Part shown: positions 25,911-39,039 of the stretch, piece after piece
How positions within the stretch are numbered: position 1 is the stretch's first letter
Layout of the letters: every line of letters starts with the position of its first letter
Translations under genes and position numbers: made by a program
Source of the DNA: Podarcis melisellensis
Taxonomy: Eukaryota
Assembly: GCA_964234715.1 (NCBI GenBank)
Contig: OZ174284.1
Length of the DNA stretch: 64,000 nt
Reading direction: 5' to 3' (one strand)
Notes under the pieces: generated by a model
The model's input: the letters and a program-made list of their open reading frames with translations, nothing else
Database searches by the model: none
Told to the model about the DNA's origin: nothing

Positions 25911-26295
25911 ATTAACAAAATGTTCTGCCCCTTCCCAATATGTGACTGTGGCTGAGGATTAGCCCATGTAAGGTGTTTTACTTTGTGGCTTCAGGGTGTG
26001 CAGTAGATAAGAGTTAGCTCCGGTCCTCCAGTGTATTTGTTTTTAATTTTAACCATCAATGCTCCTATCAATGGGGGGAAATTCATGGGAAATGTGTCCA
26101 GTGGCCTACAGTTATTGTGCATGTATTGACAAGCAAAACCAACTGACCCCCCACATTTGCACCAGCTTAATTAAAGACAATGGAAACAGGAGATTTTTTT
26201 AAAACGTATATTCAAAATATCTTTGTATAAACAATGGCAATACTACAGAGTAGTATTTTAATACAAATCAGTTCAATATTATTAACTGTTAAACT

Positions 26296-26301
26296 TTTAT
26301 T
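26296..26301 (-). terminator. Probable ZFC3H1 polyadenylation signal (AATAAA); an ATTAAA follows at 26257-26262
   Basis: TTTATT on the + strand about 720 nt past the stop codon, in an AU-rich block. Confidence 0.6.
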
Positions 26302-27019
26302 ATAAATTAAAATTTCTTTACAAAAAATTGCACATAATAAATTGACCACTCTTAGGTTCTGATGCACTGGCAATTGCAACTGTATCTTTAATCTTCAAGT
26401 CTCTGCCACAAGTCCAGAATGCAGAAAGGGCAGGAAACCACCCTCATTGAGCCTTCAAGTGCAAAAAGCATACTTGTGGCCATGGCAGTTACTTTCCTTA
26501 AGAGCGGCTGCTTTTGTTTTTATATCCTGCAATGAAAACGAATCTCCAAAACGAAACAAAAAGGGATTGGGAAAGAGGGTGGGGGTGGGAGGAAAACAAA
26601 GTGGACCGATTGTTTTTGCTGTAAACTCAGCCCGTATTATTAGCCCCAAACACAGATCTCTCAGGCATCAGTGCGAGCGTCAAGTGAAATCAGGAACCGC
26701 ACAAAAGAAAATGAAAAATCGAAAATAAAATATAAAAATTAACACATTTAAAGTCTGTCATTGGGATGAACTATACTTACGTACATGATGTTATGAGAGT
26801 CTGGCAGGGCCCAGAAGCAGGCCATAGAGGACATTCATTTATCCAAGGAGGCGATCATGTCAATTGTTTCCAGGTTCAAGGAAAGCAGGCCAGAGAGAGA
26901 CTTGATATGCTCAGCTTTGCGCATCTGCTTTTCAGAGGCCTAAAGCCAGAGATCAGCCTGGAGAATCATTCAAATGATTTTGGCATTTAATAGGACTTAG
27001 CACTGACTGCACCCAGTGT

Positions 27020-27157
27020 TCAGCGATTCGTGCTTTCTGTTCTGTAAGTGTTTAAATTTAAAAGCTCATCTAGGCTGACTCCAACCTCTTGGCACTTGGA
27101 AACTAGTTTTCTCAGGTTATCAGTTTTACCTCCTCCTGATGCTTCAAACAGGAGCTG
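27020..27157 (-). CDS. ZFC3H1: ZFC3H1 exon 35, coding part
   Basis: 138 nt; QLLFEASGGGKTDNLRKLVSKCQEVGVSLDELLNLNTYRTESTNR*; CAGCAG acceptor. Confidence 0.95.
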   Translation of the reverse strand, partial: QLLFEASGGGKTDNLRKLVSKCQEVGVSLDELLNLNTYRTESTNR

Positions 27158-27282
27158 CTGTAAGAGATGGTGAAGCAGACATAAGATTTAGCCAGAGCTG
27201 GAATATCACCACATCAATGGACATGGGATATGCAGAAAATTGAAATGAAACCTTAAACGGAAACATAAGGAGAAAACATTAC

Positions 27283-27345
27283 ATCTTTCCACAGGGTTGC
27301 GCAAAGAGGTAGCTTCTGAAAGGCTCTCTGATATAAGTGGTGGAC
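27283..27345 (-). CDS. ZFC3H1: ZFC3H1 exon 34
   Basis: 63 nt; VHHLYQRAFQKLPLCATLWKD. Confidence 0.95.
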
Positions 27346-28469
27346 CTGTAAAGAAGAGACAAGAATCAATGTTATCCCTTTTTCTGTCTTATGTGCCTGT
27401 AACACAGGTTAGGAATGGTGAAGCTATGGCAGGGAAATGCTTGAGGGCTACTGCTAGATTTAAGAGCTTTACATTCTTCAAAAAGTGCTTAGTTTTAAGG
27501 CTGTAGAGGAGACATGGAAGCCTGAGGATCACATTGTAAATGCTTAGGGACAGATAGGACTTTCTTAACTTGCTTCTATTTCAAACTGACTGAATTGGTT
27601 TACTACATCAACAAGTTTCTGTGTGCCTTATATTCAAAAGTTTGTAATGATCACTGAAGACCTATTTGTTGGATTTAAGCTTCTTTTGTTGTTTAAAGGC
27701 TCTGCAATCCTACACCAACTTACTGAGGAATTAATTGTTCTGATTTCTTATCCACCCTTCACAGTGAGGACCCATGGTGTAACTACATAAAAATACAGTA
27801 TTGACATCCGCTAAAAAAACAGATTATACCGAAGGGAACAAGATAGGTCCCAAATACATATCTTAGGCGTCAAAGGACAGAGTAAAGAGGTGTGCCTTCA
27901 TCAGCATGTGAAAAATTACAGAATGAAGATGTCAGACACACTTCTGTAGCTCAGGGACTGCCAAATAAATTGCCACTCCTTGGACACTTATCTAGTTTGT
28001 AGGGAAGGAGACCGCTATTTGGGAGCTAAGCCTCATTCAAATAATCAGGTTTTGCTTCTGACATGTACAGGATTGCATAGTAAATGAGCATTATGTGACC
28101 AAGGGGGAAGAATTAAGTATGTTAAATTAACATCCTAAGTGTCTTGTGTTGAAACACTACTGTGTTTGAAAGCTGCAGGAATGCACAAAGTCTGTCTTTC
28201 AACCAAGTCTGGCTCCAGCACATTGAGCCCCTGACAGAATTAATCTAAAAGGAAAAAAGGCTTAGCCAGAACCTTTCTTCCTCCTTGCCTTCATTTGATA
28301 ACAGACACAATTTCTGAGGAGCAGACCTCTTACTCTAAAGCTAGCTTAGCAAGAACACTGTTCTCAAGCTTCTTTTTTTTTTAAGGTGTAGACTAGTTCA
28401 TTAAACCCAGGGGTGAGGCTAGTTAAGTATCTTTGCAACTGGCTATTTCAATAAGCTTTTCTTACATAC

Positions 28470-28509
28470 CTCTCTCTGTCCCTTTAGAAAGCACTCAGCA
28501 GCAATGGCT
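28470..28509 (-). CDS. ZFC3H1: ZFC3H1 exon 33 (40-nt small exon)
   Basis: ttcag|...|gtatgt; AIAAECFLKGQRE. Confidence 0.93.
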
Positions 28510-29113
28510 CTGAAGGGAAGAAATAAAAATGACTTATTTTTTTGCAGAATACCGAATATCTTTATGGGAAGAACACTGAGTATGGGATGGAACTATAAAA
28601 GTCCTGGAAAGTAACAGACTAACTCCCAATGATGATAATCTATAGTGAAGAGACAAAAAAGATCCATTTCATAAACAATCTTACATGAGCAAGACATTTC
28701 AGTTGTTCCCATTATGTACAAACACTGCAGACAATGATCAGTTCATCACCACTGGATATTGCTATTATGATATATAAAGGGGAGGGTAGAAAGGAGGAGG
28801 GAAACAGAAGTCAATAATTTAATGGTAAACATTCCAAGCAACAATAAAATTCATCAACACATTTTCCTTACTTAGACACACAAGGCATACTTACTTCTGA
28901 AATATTTTTTTGTATAGGAAGCAACAGTCCTCATTTTACGACATTAGTGCCAGGAATCTGTCTAAACCAAAGTTTGTGGAAAGACTGCAATAATGAAAAA
29001 CCTTTCTAGCATAAAACCAAATTTGAAGGCCTACTTCAAATGTAGCTTTATGAAGCAAACCTTTTTTTAAAAAAAAAATATCTACGTTAACAGGTGTATG
29101 ACTGTTGAATTAC

Positions 29114-29215
29114 ATTTTCCAGATGGCCAGGCATGTTGGGATATTATATGTAAACATCTTGGCTTGCAGTTTCAGAATCTGGACATTGCTCTCTTCCCAG
29201 TGTTGTTGAAGCAGC
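29114..29215 (-). CDS. ZFC3H1: ZFC3H1 exon 32
   Basis: 102 nt; LLQQHWEESNVQILKLQAKMFTYNIPTCLAIWK. Confidence 0.95.
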
Positions 29216-29334
29216 CTGCAGTGACAAAGGAGCAAAGGGAAACATGCAGTGCTGAATAAGAATGTAAAGCAATAATACTAAGCTCTTTTAAAAGCTTGAA
29301 CAGGGGGAGGTGGGAGAAGAGGTGCAAGTGAGAG

Positions 29335-29540
29335 TACAGTTATTGGAAAATGAAAGTACACCCTCTGTTGTGGTTGTACACATCAGGACATGATATTGTA
29401 TCATGGTTTATTTAACAAAAATAAAGCCCAAATGGAGAAGCCATGCGTGAAAAACTAAGTACACCTTATCACTCAATAGCTTGATGAACCCCCTTTAGCA
29501 GCAATAACTTGGAGTAATGGTTTTCTGTATGACTTTCACA
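29335..29540 (+). mobile_element. Left-end remnant of a Tc1-like transposon
   Basis: TACAGT start; repeated AAGTACACC motif (IR/DR-like); gaaccccctttagcagcaataac segment resembling recalled Tc1 subterminal sequence. Confidence 0.5.
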
Positions 29541-29996
29541 ATAATAGTAGTTGTAATAATAATAATACTTTGGAATAAGTGGAGCCTCTCTGTCCAGTGT
29601 TCTTATTCTTAGACCAAGTATTCTACAGTAGGTTTATGAGTCCCACAAACACCCAGACATAATGCCAGGGGCGGGGGGGGGGGGGGGAGAGACTGTTCTA
29701 TCTGGCAAACCAAAATGCTTGCCCTAATGTAATGATCACCTTAGAGCAAGGCTTTCCAAATTTTTCATCTTGGTGACACACTTTTTAGACATGCATCATT
29801 TTGTGACACAGTAATTCAGTTTTACTAGCGAACTAACCCTCTTCTAGTCCCGGCAGGAATGTTGAGACAGTTTAGAAAGCTCTGCCTTAGAGCAACACTA
29901 AATTCCTCTCCTCACTTTTTTTTTAAAACAAGTATTATTTCAGTTTGTAGGAAGGCTTAGAAATCATATTATGTATTAGTTCTCTTTGCTCTATAC

Positions 29997-30268
29997 CAGG
30001 GTTTCCCAAGCCTGGGTCTCCAAGCTGTTTCTGGATGATGGTGATGATAATTTATTTATACCCCACCCATCTGGTTGGGTTTCCCCAGCCACTCTGGGCA
30101 GCTTCCAACTGAATATTAAAACACAATAATCTATTGAACATTAAAAGCTTCCCTAAATAGGGCTGCCTTCAGATGTCTTCTAAAAGTCTCTCATCATCCA
30201 GTTAGCAGGACCAGTGGTCAGGGATGATGGGAATTGTAGTCCAAAAGCAGCTGGAGACCCAAGCCCTG
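29997..30268. mobile_element. hAT MITE of the 35873 family, interrupted by an L2-like 3' fragment (about 30038-30190)
   Basis: Arms match the 35873 element; flanks CTCTATAC and CTCTAACC; the insert matches the 19850-20090 repeat. Confidence 0.75.
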
Positions 30269-30431
30269 CTCTAACCTATTTATTTCCAGATCTAATCTTT
30301 GTGAAGAATTTTTTTTCTTCAAAGAAAGCCCCACTCAGCCATCCAGCTTAGAAGATGGCAAGTAAATTTTTTAAAGGGCACCGGGGAAAACAGGTACTTG
30401 CTTCTAAATGCTTCCGCTGATATTCTCTTAC

Positions 30432-30532
30432 CTGAATGCAAGTCCAGGATTAGCAGGCATGGTAGAGCAAAATCTTTCCAATGCTTTGGAATGCTGAGAC
30501 TTCGGAATACAACTCAGATAAAAGAAAATAAC
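30432..30532 (-). CDS. ZFC3H1: ZFC3H1 exon 31
   Basis: 101 nt; VIFFYLSCIPKSQHSKALERFCSTMPANPGLAF. Confidence 0.95.
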
Positions 30533-31177
30533 CTGTAAAGGTTAATTTTCAAGAAGTTAGGTCATTCAAGCTGCCTGCTTTGTTCACAAATCCAACACTG
30601 ATGTGCTCTCTCTCTCTCTCTTGAATTTGATGACGAAGACATTGGCACTGAGTTAGTAGCAGCATCTACAAACAGCTCCTCCAGGTACCAGTGGCTCCAA
30701 AGATGAACCACAGCAAGAACACCACAGGGGAATTTGCACTTTTCCAGCAAATGCTAGAGCAAATGCTGGAGTCCTTCAAAAAGTAGGGAGGGCTGGTGGA
30801 AGAGACAACACCAGCTTGACACAGCATTTCAGATCTCCAAGCAGCCTAAGGAACCTGAAGGAGGTCAAGCTCCGAAAGGAAAGTGTGACAGACAACCCTC
30901 CCCTATACAGCAACACTAGGCTTCTACAGTTCGCCAATCCCCAGCCTACAAAACATTTTAGAGAAGTTGATACTCTACAAATTTAGCCACTGTGCAGCTG
31001 TGCACACACACTCTGCAGCAAGGAGCTTTTGTATATGTGTACAGTTCTCATTTCCCTTACAGAACTGGTATTGTAGCGCACTGTGTTGAACAAAATACGA
31101 AGGAAACCCTACATGTATTTCAGCATAACGTGTTTTATATACAGAGTCCTGTATCTGTATTACCAAAATACTTATAC

Positions 31178-31343
31178 CTTGTTGTGGAATTCATAGTTGG
31201 TCCAGTAATCAGCGGTGCTAAATGGAATAGGGTAACGGGTGGGGACTGTAACAAGACATCTGTTCACAAGATCTGTAAAAAGCTTGAATTCTTGAACTTG
31301 ATTGTTAGATCTGACAACCTTGCCATTGATGAAAACAAGGTAA
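31178..31343 (-). CDS. ZFC3H1: ZFC3H1 exon 30
   Basis: 166 nt; YLVFING...FTDLVNRCLVTVPTRYPIPFSTADYWTNYEFHNK. Confidence 0.95.
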
Positions 31344-31427
31344 CTGAAAAAGAGGAGAGAAACCCAGGTGTTAACACTTCCAAATGCATTACTTTTACAG
31401 TTATAATGTCTCGTCGTTTAAACTTAC

Positions 31428-31532
31428 TCTATCCAAATCTGCTGAACTATTTCCTCTTGCATAACTGCTCCCAGAGCTGCCTCATAAGCATCCACTGCAT
31501 CTCCAGAACTTCCATGAAGAGACTGGTATAAG
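31428..31532 (-). CDS. ZFC3H1: ZFC3H1 exon 29
   Basis: 105 nt; LYQSLHGSSGDAVDAYEAALGAVMQEEIVQQIWI. Confidence 0.94.
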
Positions 31533-32303
31533 CTATTTTTCATTGAAAGAAAACAGCGTTAGCTTTTCTGAAACTGTTACATGCCTTTTGTGAAAGAAAA
31601 GGGCAATGGAGAAGCTTGACATTATACGCAAGTATAAGCCAAAAAAATGATCAGAGGTACAAAATGTTTCCTAGTTTTAAAAGTGTTTCAACACTAACTC
31701 TTCACAGTGGTTAACAGGCAATAATTAATATTGAAATTAATGTAGTTAATGTAAGTCAGCAAAACAGCTCTTCATCTCTTTTTGACTGAATGTCTGCAAG
31801 AAAAATACTGCGGCCAACAATGCAGATGATGGGAGTATTTTAGTAGAAATTCCTTACACTTTATGAATCTAAGCACTTGAAGAAAGGGATTTTGGCAGCT
31901 GCCTAACTACTTCTAAGAAGTTCTCTCTTCCATTTATATATAATTCAAAACTAAAGTGTGGGACACAGGGCTCAAGCAGCACATCTGTCTTCTGATTTTA
32001 AACTTAAACACAGCCAACTTCATGGTGTTTTAAGTAAAAAAAATCACAACAGATGTTTGTAACACCAAACTGCAAAGCTAAATAGCATAAGAAAGGGCAA
32101 GCAAAGCAGTGCATGGTGTATGTTCATGACAGAAATACCAAAATCCTAAAAGATACTGGCAGAAACTAGGACAACCATGGCACTCCTTATATTTGCTCTT
32201 ATTATATATAACACGAGATTAGCTGCCTCCTCAACAATCTGTAGTTCCCTACTTAAAAAGCGTTGCAATATTTAAAAAATTATCAGACTTTGGAAACACT
32301 CAC

Positions 32304-32414
32304 CAGTATATTTGCCACAAGTAAGGAATTTGCTGGTTTAAAAGCTCTTCTGTAAAGCTTCCCTTATACATAGGCGGTGTGAATTCAATTGGCATTGGGA
32401 AATTCAAAAAATAT
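32304..32414 (-). CDS. ZFC3H1: ZFC3H1 exon 28
   Basis: 111 nt; YFLNFPMPIEFTPPMYKGSFTEELLNQQIPYLWQIY. Confidence 0.93.
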
Positions 32415-33771
32415 CTAGAACAAAGAGTCCTTATTCAGTGTGACAAATGTTCACTACACCAAAACAATCCTAACTTGAAGCAATCTGAGCAAAGAGTGGA
32501 CACACCACCTATGTGTATCTCCAAGTGAGTAAGATCCAGACTAGAATTTGGAAGAAGCGTACGGCAGCCACTGAAAACGGTAGCCGCTTGTCTAGTTTTC
32601 CCATCTGTAGCATAGAGCATAGCTGCGTTTCAAAATCATGATTTTCTGCATTCCCTTGCGCCAAGGATTACTGTGGTATCTAGTTTGATTCCAAGTGAAA
32701 GCAAAACAGTGAAGGAGATACCAAAGAAATGTATTTAAGCTATGCTTAATATGCTTTTAAAGAGATGTCTGAAGAAGGCTTTGTTATAATCCTTTCACAA
32801 TCTTATGAGAACATGCAAATATGTGTGATCCGGCCTGACACCTGCAGGTATACGGCGGTATACCAATTTTAATAATAATAAAATACTGTCTCTTAAGCAA
32901 AATATTATCAATATATAAATACCTTCCCCTTATTGACTATATTAAATATATTAACTATGTTGGGTTCCCCCCCCCTGTGTTTTCCTTATTTGTTTATTCA
33001 TGATATTCTGAATTAAAATATTAACATTTATTTAAAATTTAGTCATAATCTGATGTATTTTTTTGGGAAATTGTGCAATTATTACAGTATATGCTTATTT
33101 GCTTGTTTTCCTTTCAAAACTTGTATTTTAAGTGTATGGACATATACATGCCTATATAAACATGGCAAATAAAGAAGCCTTGCATTATGTGCAACCCACT
33201 AACACACTTTTTATTTCAAATGGAGTGTTTTTATTAAGTTACAGAAACTCATAAGGTAACATAGGCTCCCATAACAACCCCAATTTAGGGTGCTGCAAGG
33301 CTTATTTCAAAAGCCTGAGGTGTTGCAGAAATGTATTTTCCTGTTTGCAGCATCAGTTTCAGCTACTTAACCTGGCTACCTCATATGTAAATGGAGTTTG
33401 TGCCAATAATTACAGGGTGCTAAAAGATTCTGGAAGAATATCTCAAGAAAGAATAGCCTCTCTCGACTTAGCTGTGCACCACTTTTCTAAAAGTATCTGT
33501 CTACTTTTATATCACAAGCACTAGCTGCCTTACACTCAACACACAAACTGACAAAGTAACATGTGAATTGCTTTTCACTGTACTGTGAAATCTAAGGACA
33601 GCATCGCCATAACGTTCTGCAAGCAACTAAGGTTTGTGGCAAAATGGCAATGTGTAACGTTAGCGTTTTTACCAGTAACCATACAGAAATTTTATAAATG
33701 GAACCGAGCGACGCATTACATAAACCGAGCTTATAGCAGCATGGAATGATTAGTTTGCTTGCCAGACTTAC

Positions 33772-33866
33772 CGTAACAGATCCACAGGACTGTTGTCTCG
33801 AGTCACACACTCAAAGAATGCTGCAACGAAGGCTTGCAACAGTGGAGGAATACTATCTGATCTATT
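33772..33866 (-). CDS. ZFC3H1: ZFC3H1 exon 27
   Basis: 95 nt; NRSDSIPPLLQAFVAAFFECVTRDNSPVDLL. Confidence 0.9.
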
Positions 33867-34506
33867 CTGTCATGAGAGAGTAAGTGACATTGGACTAAAG
33901 TTACAAAATGTGAAGAACAAATCAAACTTCTGCATAATACATTTTAATGGCTCTTTCAAAACCATTAATGCAGATGGTGGGCAGACATTACCCAAAAGCA
34001 GAATGCTACCTAAATTTTCTGCAGTGCTTCAAATGATTAACATTCAAGGATGAACTTTTTGATCTCTCCATAGGTTAGATGCATCAGCTCACCCTTTTGC
34101 ACGTTACAAAAGAAGGATAAAGAGTCTCACACGACTGTTGCAACATCTGTGTCACATTCTAAGGCCAGCGTGCCCCAACCGGATGTTTTCCTCTACAGCT
34201 CTCACCAACCCAAGCTGGAGCCGATAACAGTTGAGTCCCAATCATCTGAAGAAGGCTGATCTACATCGTCCAATAAACCACTCCCTTCAGATTCACATTC
34301 CAGCTTGCTTTTTTTTTTTTTAAGCATTTGTGGGCAACAACAACTTTAGGCAAAACAAAAACTCAGCTGCTTAAAGTCTGAAAATCAAACTCCTGGTCAA
34401 ATCCTTTCACTGTAATGTACTCTGAATGTCACCATTTTGTATTAAATAAACTTGGTTCTCTCTCCAACCTGTTATAAAAAGCTGAATAAAGTCATTGGTG
34501 TTTTAC

Positions 34507-34705
34507 CTGCAGAATGAAGAATTTGCACATAAAGTAGAAAACCTGGGCATTTTGAGGGTTTTTCTCAAATGCTGTAAGCCACACGTCACATGCTTTTTCC
34601 ATCTGGCCAGTCCGCAAGTACAAACCAACTAGTGCTTCTAGCAGACGACAGTCAATGGGGTTTAGTTTCAAGAGTGATTTACAAAGCTCAATAGCAGCTT
34701 CCCAC
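34507..34705 (-). CDS. ZFC3H1: ZFC3H1 exon 26
   Basis: 199 nt; WEAAIELCKSLL...WLTAFEKNPQNAQVFYFMCKFFILQ. Confidence 0.95.
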
Positions 34706-35100
34706 CTTGAATGAAAACAGTGAAAAACAGCAATTACTTATCTTATTTAAAAAAAGACAGTGACCTAGAAGAACTTCCAAGACAATCTTGTGAACTATTA
34801 CACTCTTTCCTATTACCTATTCTTTTTGAATCATAACATTAGGCATGAACCTCCTTTCTTAGTGCTGCTATATTCATCTGTGTTAATACCAGAAAAATGG
34901 GAAATTGTCACTCACCATGCATTTTTGTACAAAGGATTGTATTCAACTAGATTTTACTCAGGAGACCCATTTAGATTAATTGCCTTTGCTAACTTGCAGC
35001 AATTGATTATAGTGGTTCTACTCTGAGTAAAACCTAGTTGAATATAACCCATAATGCTTAACACAGCATATAAAAAATAGCAATTTTGCAAGTGACTTAC

Positions 35101-35206
35101 CTTTCTAACAGCTGCTGCAAAATGACCATGTTTCTATATAGTGGAAGACAGAGAACTACTCTTTCATCAGCTGCAGAATCCTCATTGGTGCATGACTGGA
35201 TGGCAT
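35101..35206 (-). CDS. ZFC3H1: ZFC3H1 exon 25
   Basis: 106 nt; AIQSCTNEDSAADERVVLCLPLYRNMVILQQLLE. Confidence 0.94.
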
Positions 35207-35872
35207 CTAAAAACAAGCAAAACATCAAGTAAGATTACACATTCACAAATACAAAGCTTTACCACAGAAAACGCTTATATGTTAATGTATAAATACACCT
35301 GTATTTGGGGGGGGGTTAGGGGGGATGGGGAGACAATGTAGTCATGCATTTCATTTCAGTCATTGTGCTTTAGTTAGGTATGAAATAATTTCAGAGTTTC
35401 TTTAAGAGATGAAGATGTAAATTATCCAAGCTGACAAAATTAAGTTTTCAGATCCCATTACAAAAATACCAACTAAAGATAATATCTGAGTTATTTCATG
35501 AAGAAAGCAACAAAGCCAGTCACTGATTATTCCCAAAGCATTTTTTAATGAACATTTGAAGTATTTCCTTTGTGTACATACATGTGCATTACTGAACATG
35601 CAGGATCACAGTAGGAAGCTGTCTCTTAGTTGAGTTACTTATTGTAAACAGATTCCTCTTACTATTATTTACTACTGCCTTCCCTGCTTGCTGCGCTCAC
35701 AAGCCCCTTTTTCCCTTCCCACATTCTTGACCAACCCCCCCTCCCTTTATCCCTACACACACACGCCTATCCTTCCACAGCTCACCCAAGCCCTCCCCCC
35801 TTTGGAAGGAGGGGGAGGCCCTTCACCCAGCTGCTTGCTAAAAAACAAACTAAAGGGCCCTTTCCTTTAAAC

Positions 35873-36008
35873 CAGTGTTTCCCAGCCTTGGGTCTCCAGC
35901 TGTTTTTGGACTACAACTCCCATCAACCCTAGCTAGCAAGATCAGTGGTCAGGGATGATGGGAATTCTAGTCCGAAAACAGCTGGAGACCCAAGGTTGGG
36001 AAACGCTG
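35873..36008. mobile_element. Palindromic hAT-type MITE
   Basis: Inverted arms of about 58 bp (CAG...CTG ends); exact 8-bp TSD CTTTAAAC at 35865-35872 and 36009-36016. Confidence 0.9.
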
Positions 36009-36516
36009 CTTTAAACCTACCTATCTGCCGGTGCATTTAAGGGAGGGGGAGGGGGAGAAGGAACTTCCCCCAACAACATGCTAAACTTCAAGATGAAGGG
36101 CCTCCCAGCATCCATTCAACAGCTCACCCCAACCAGCCTGCTGTTCTTCACGCTGCAGTTTGTATGGCTAACAATGCTGCAAACATTATGTTTTTTAAAC
36201 CTATGGGAAGAAATTCTCATGCCAGTCTGCACGATCCACTACAATAAACTGTCTTGCTGCAAAATACATGGATTCTACTCAGAAGCAAGCTCCATGGGAT
36301 TGGTCCCAGATGACTTGTAAGGACAGAAGTCATGGCTTCTCTTATATATGCTAAACATAAGCAAACTGCCTCTAAATCAATGAAGACCACAAGAGACTAC
36401 ACATTGAAAAGCAAAAGTCCACTGCATATACGTAACCGTAGGACAATTATTTTAGATATTCTATCAATATTAATTCAAGAAATAAACCACAGCTGAATTT
36501 AAATGGGTAACCTCAC

Positions 36517-36754
36517 CTTCAAACACAGCTAACAAAGTATCAGGATCAGCTTTCACATCTTCAATTGTTTTCCAAGGTATTAAAAAAGGCTCCTTCTTCA
36601 TTATTTTTGAAGGGTTGCTATTGGCAGGATCATAGAACTTGATGGGGAGATCGCCAAACTCTATCAGATGTATATAGGATAACCAAGCTAAGCAGCGGTC
36701 ACTTATGGTGAGATGTTGCACCAAAACCGGTTCACTTTCTGACTTCAGTGCATT
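36517..36754 (-). CDS. ZFC3H1: ZFC3H1 exon 24
   Basis: 238 nt; NALKSE...SDRCLAWLSYIHLIEF...LLAVFE. Confidence 0.95.
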
Positions 36755-37370
36755 CTGCGGAGAAGAAAGTTATATGATGATTAAATCTGACAGCTTAAAT
36801 AACGGGCAACCTTGCTATATTATGCCTAGTCATAGAAATATATTCTAGCAATCATGGTCACAATTGGGGAGTTCCAGGTTTTAGAAATTTGCCTGGCCTT
36901 ATTTGTTCTGTATCCAAGACTCACATTTTTTTTAAAAAAAATGCTTTAAGGTTTTATTACAATTAAGCAGCATATAAATGTTGTGAAATAAATAAATTTG
37001 CAGTTAAAGCTATTTCTACAAGAACTGAGATGGCAGAAGACACAAATGTTGAAAACTGTATGCAACGGCTATATATTACACGGTAGGCCATGTGACAGAG
37101 GAACATTTAATCACAGACAGTAGTAAAGACTACTGAAGTCCCTGCTCCCTAGAACACCCAGTAAAAATGGTGGATATTTTGTAATCTTATATATTTACAA
37201 GCATTTTTTCATAACTGTAGGGAAGCACACTTTGGTCCGTGTGAAATTGCTCTCATTTGCTACTGAATAGTGCAGCAGGGACACTGCCTTCAAACTAGAT
37301 ATATAGGACAAAACAGCAATGGATGCCAAAGCCAAAATATCACCATAACATGATATACATAAGCAAGTAC

Positions 37371-37562
37371 CTGGAATAACGCAACAGCATTTTGATATTT
37401 CCCAGTAAAAAGGCTTAGGTGAACTCTATACAGCAACATCTCCAGCAAGTGAAAGGACCGAAGATCCAGATTCTCTTCACATTTTGGACTCTCCATCAGG
37501 AACTGTAGCATTCTCCCACACACATAATCCTTTCCATCAAATGAGTTTTCCAGATTTAGAAA
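37371..37562 (-). CDS. ZFC3H1: ZFC3H1 exon 23
   Basis: 192 nt; FLNLENSFDGKDYVCGRMLQFL...AVALFQ. Confidence 0.95.
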
Positions 37563-38007
37563 CTGAATGGCAGTCAAGAAAAATAAATGTTTGAGGATTC
37601 ATCTCATTTTGTTACGGGATCTAAAGAGCTGTGTGCAAGTGTCTAAAGCGCTTCTGTGTATGCACAGAGACATTCCAGAGGTTAGCTTTCAACTACAGCC
37701 AATTGCACTGTATCACATATTATCCTGGAGGCATGATGTTGGAGCGAAAGTTTATCTGCAAGGTAATGTGAAAGGAACCCCTAACGGGCATCCGTTTGTC
37801 TGGTACATTTTATGGGATTTTATATTCCCCTGTGGCAGGAAAAAGGAAATCCTAAGTTTAAGAAGTTTTTGTAAAAGTTCTTTTTGTGCTTTAAAAGCTA
37901 TTTAGTGGAAGCCTTCAAATGAAACATGCATGGAAGTGAGATGTAGTGTGCTAATATGTACTAACTTCATAATTACTACATATAGCTTTTCCAGTGATCA
38001 AACTTAC

Positions 38008-38194
38008 TGTCCACCAAATCTTGTAAGTAGGAGCATATTCCACTGCAGTCTCACACATTTCTTGCACCTCTTCCTTAATTCCTCTTTTTGAAAACAGCTT
38101 GAGATAATGACACCAGACTTCAGAATTTTCTTTGTTATTTTCTAGTGCTCGAGCCAGGACATTTAAAGCAGAATCCAAGCGTTCGGAGGATGAT
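38008..38194 (-). CDS. ZFC3H1: ZFC3H1 exon 22
   Basis: 187 nt; LDSALNVLARALENNKENSEVWCHYLKLFSKRG...IWWT. Confidence 0.95.
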
Positions 38195-38855
38195 CTTCAA
38201 CAAGAAAGGAAAGCAATACATTCATTTTCACACTCTCAGTTTCATGGTACAATGCCAAGGCCTGCACATGCATTTCCCCTTCAGAAGCTCTCTGCACTTC
38301 ACACATGACCTTTTTCTCTTCTTATTTTAAAACAGTTTGAGGGATTTGAAATGCAGCAGTGAGAGGAAGAACGGGGAACTTGCACTGTAACTCTAAGGCA
38401 CTTGTGGATGGTACAGTACAACTGCAGTTTGTTGCCAATACTCTCAGACACCTGCTGGTTCCTGATGTAAATGTAAAACATCTGAAAATGACTTCTACCA
38501 TCTTGCTTAAGGAGTTTTCCATTTTATCATCATGAATTAAGAAAACCAACCTTAGAAATCCAATCAACTGTAACCTTCATTTTTCTTAAAATGAACCCTC
38601 TTTTTACTATTTCCATGCTGAAATGAAGCACTTTAAAGCATAATAATAATTTATTATGCTTACTCTGGACTGTGTACAACAAAAGAGCAAATCAATTCCA
38701 CTCCCCATTGCTTTAAAATAATAACCTATTTGTACATTGGCCAAAGAAACAAAGAGTCCTTTGATGTTAGCGACAAAGCTTGCTTCCAACAGCACAGGTG
38801 AGAAGCTTGAGACAAAAAGTGCAACTGATTTGTTTGCAAAGAAAGAATTACCCAC

Positions 38856-39039
38856 CCTTCGTTTTGATTCAGATATTTGTAGGCCAATTTGATCCAAAGT
38901 TGAACGTTATATGGGTTTTCAAGTACACTTGCTTCCAGGTTTGAAATGTCGTCGGTCTCATTTGTAAAATACCTAACATCATCAGGAGTCACAACAGCAT
39001 CCAGAGCGGGAAGATTTATTCTGTTCTGTACTGCGGGAG
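38856..39039 (-). CDS. ZFC3H1: ZFC3H1 exon 21
   Basis: 184 nt; VVTPDDVRYFTNETDDISNLEASVLENPYNVQLWIKLAYKYLNQNE. Confidence 0.95.

Noticed and set aside
30992-31531. 179-aa + strand ORF
   Set aside because: Antisense shadow of ZFC3H1 exons 29-30; no splice context or homology.
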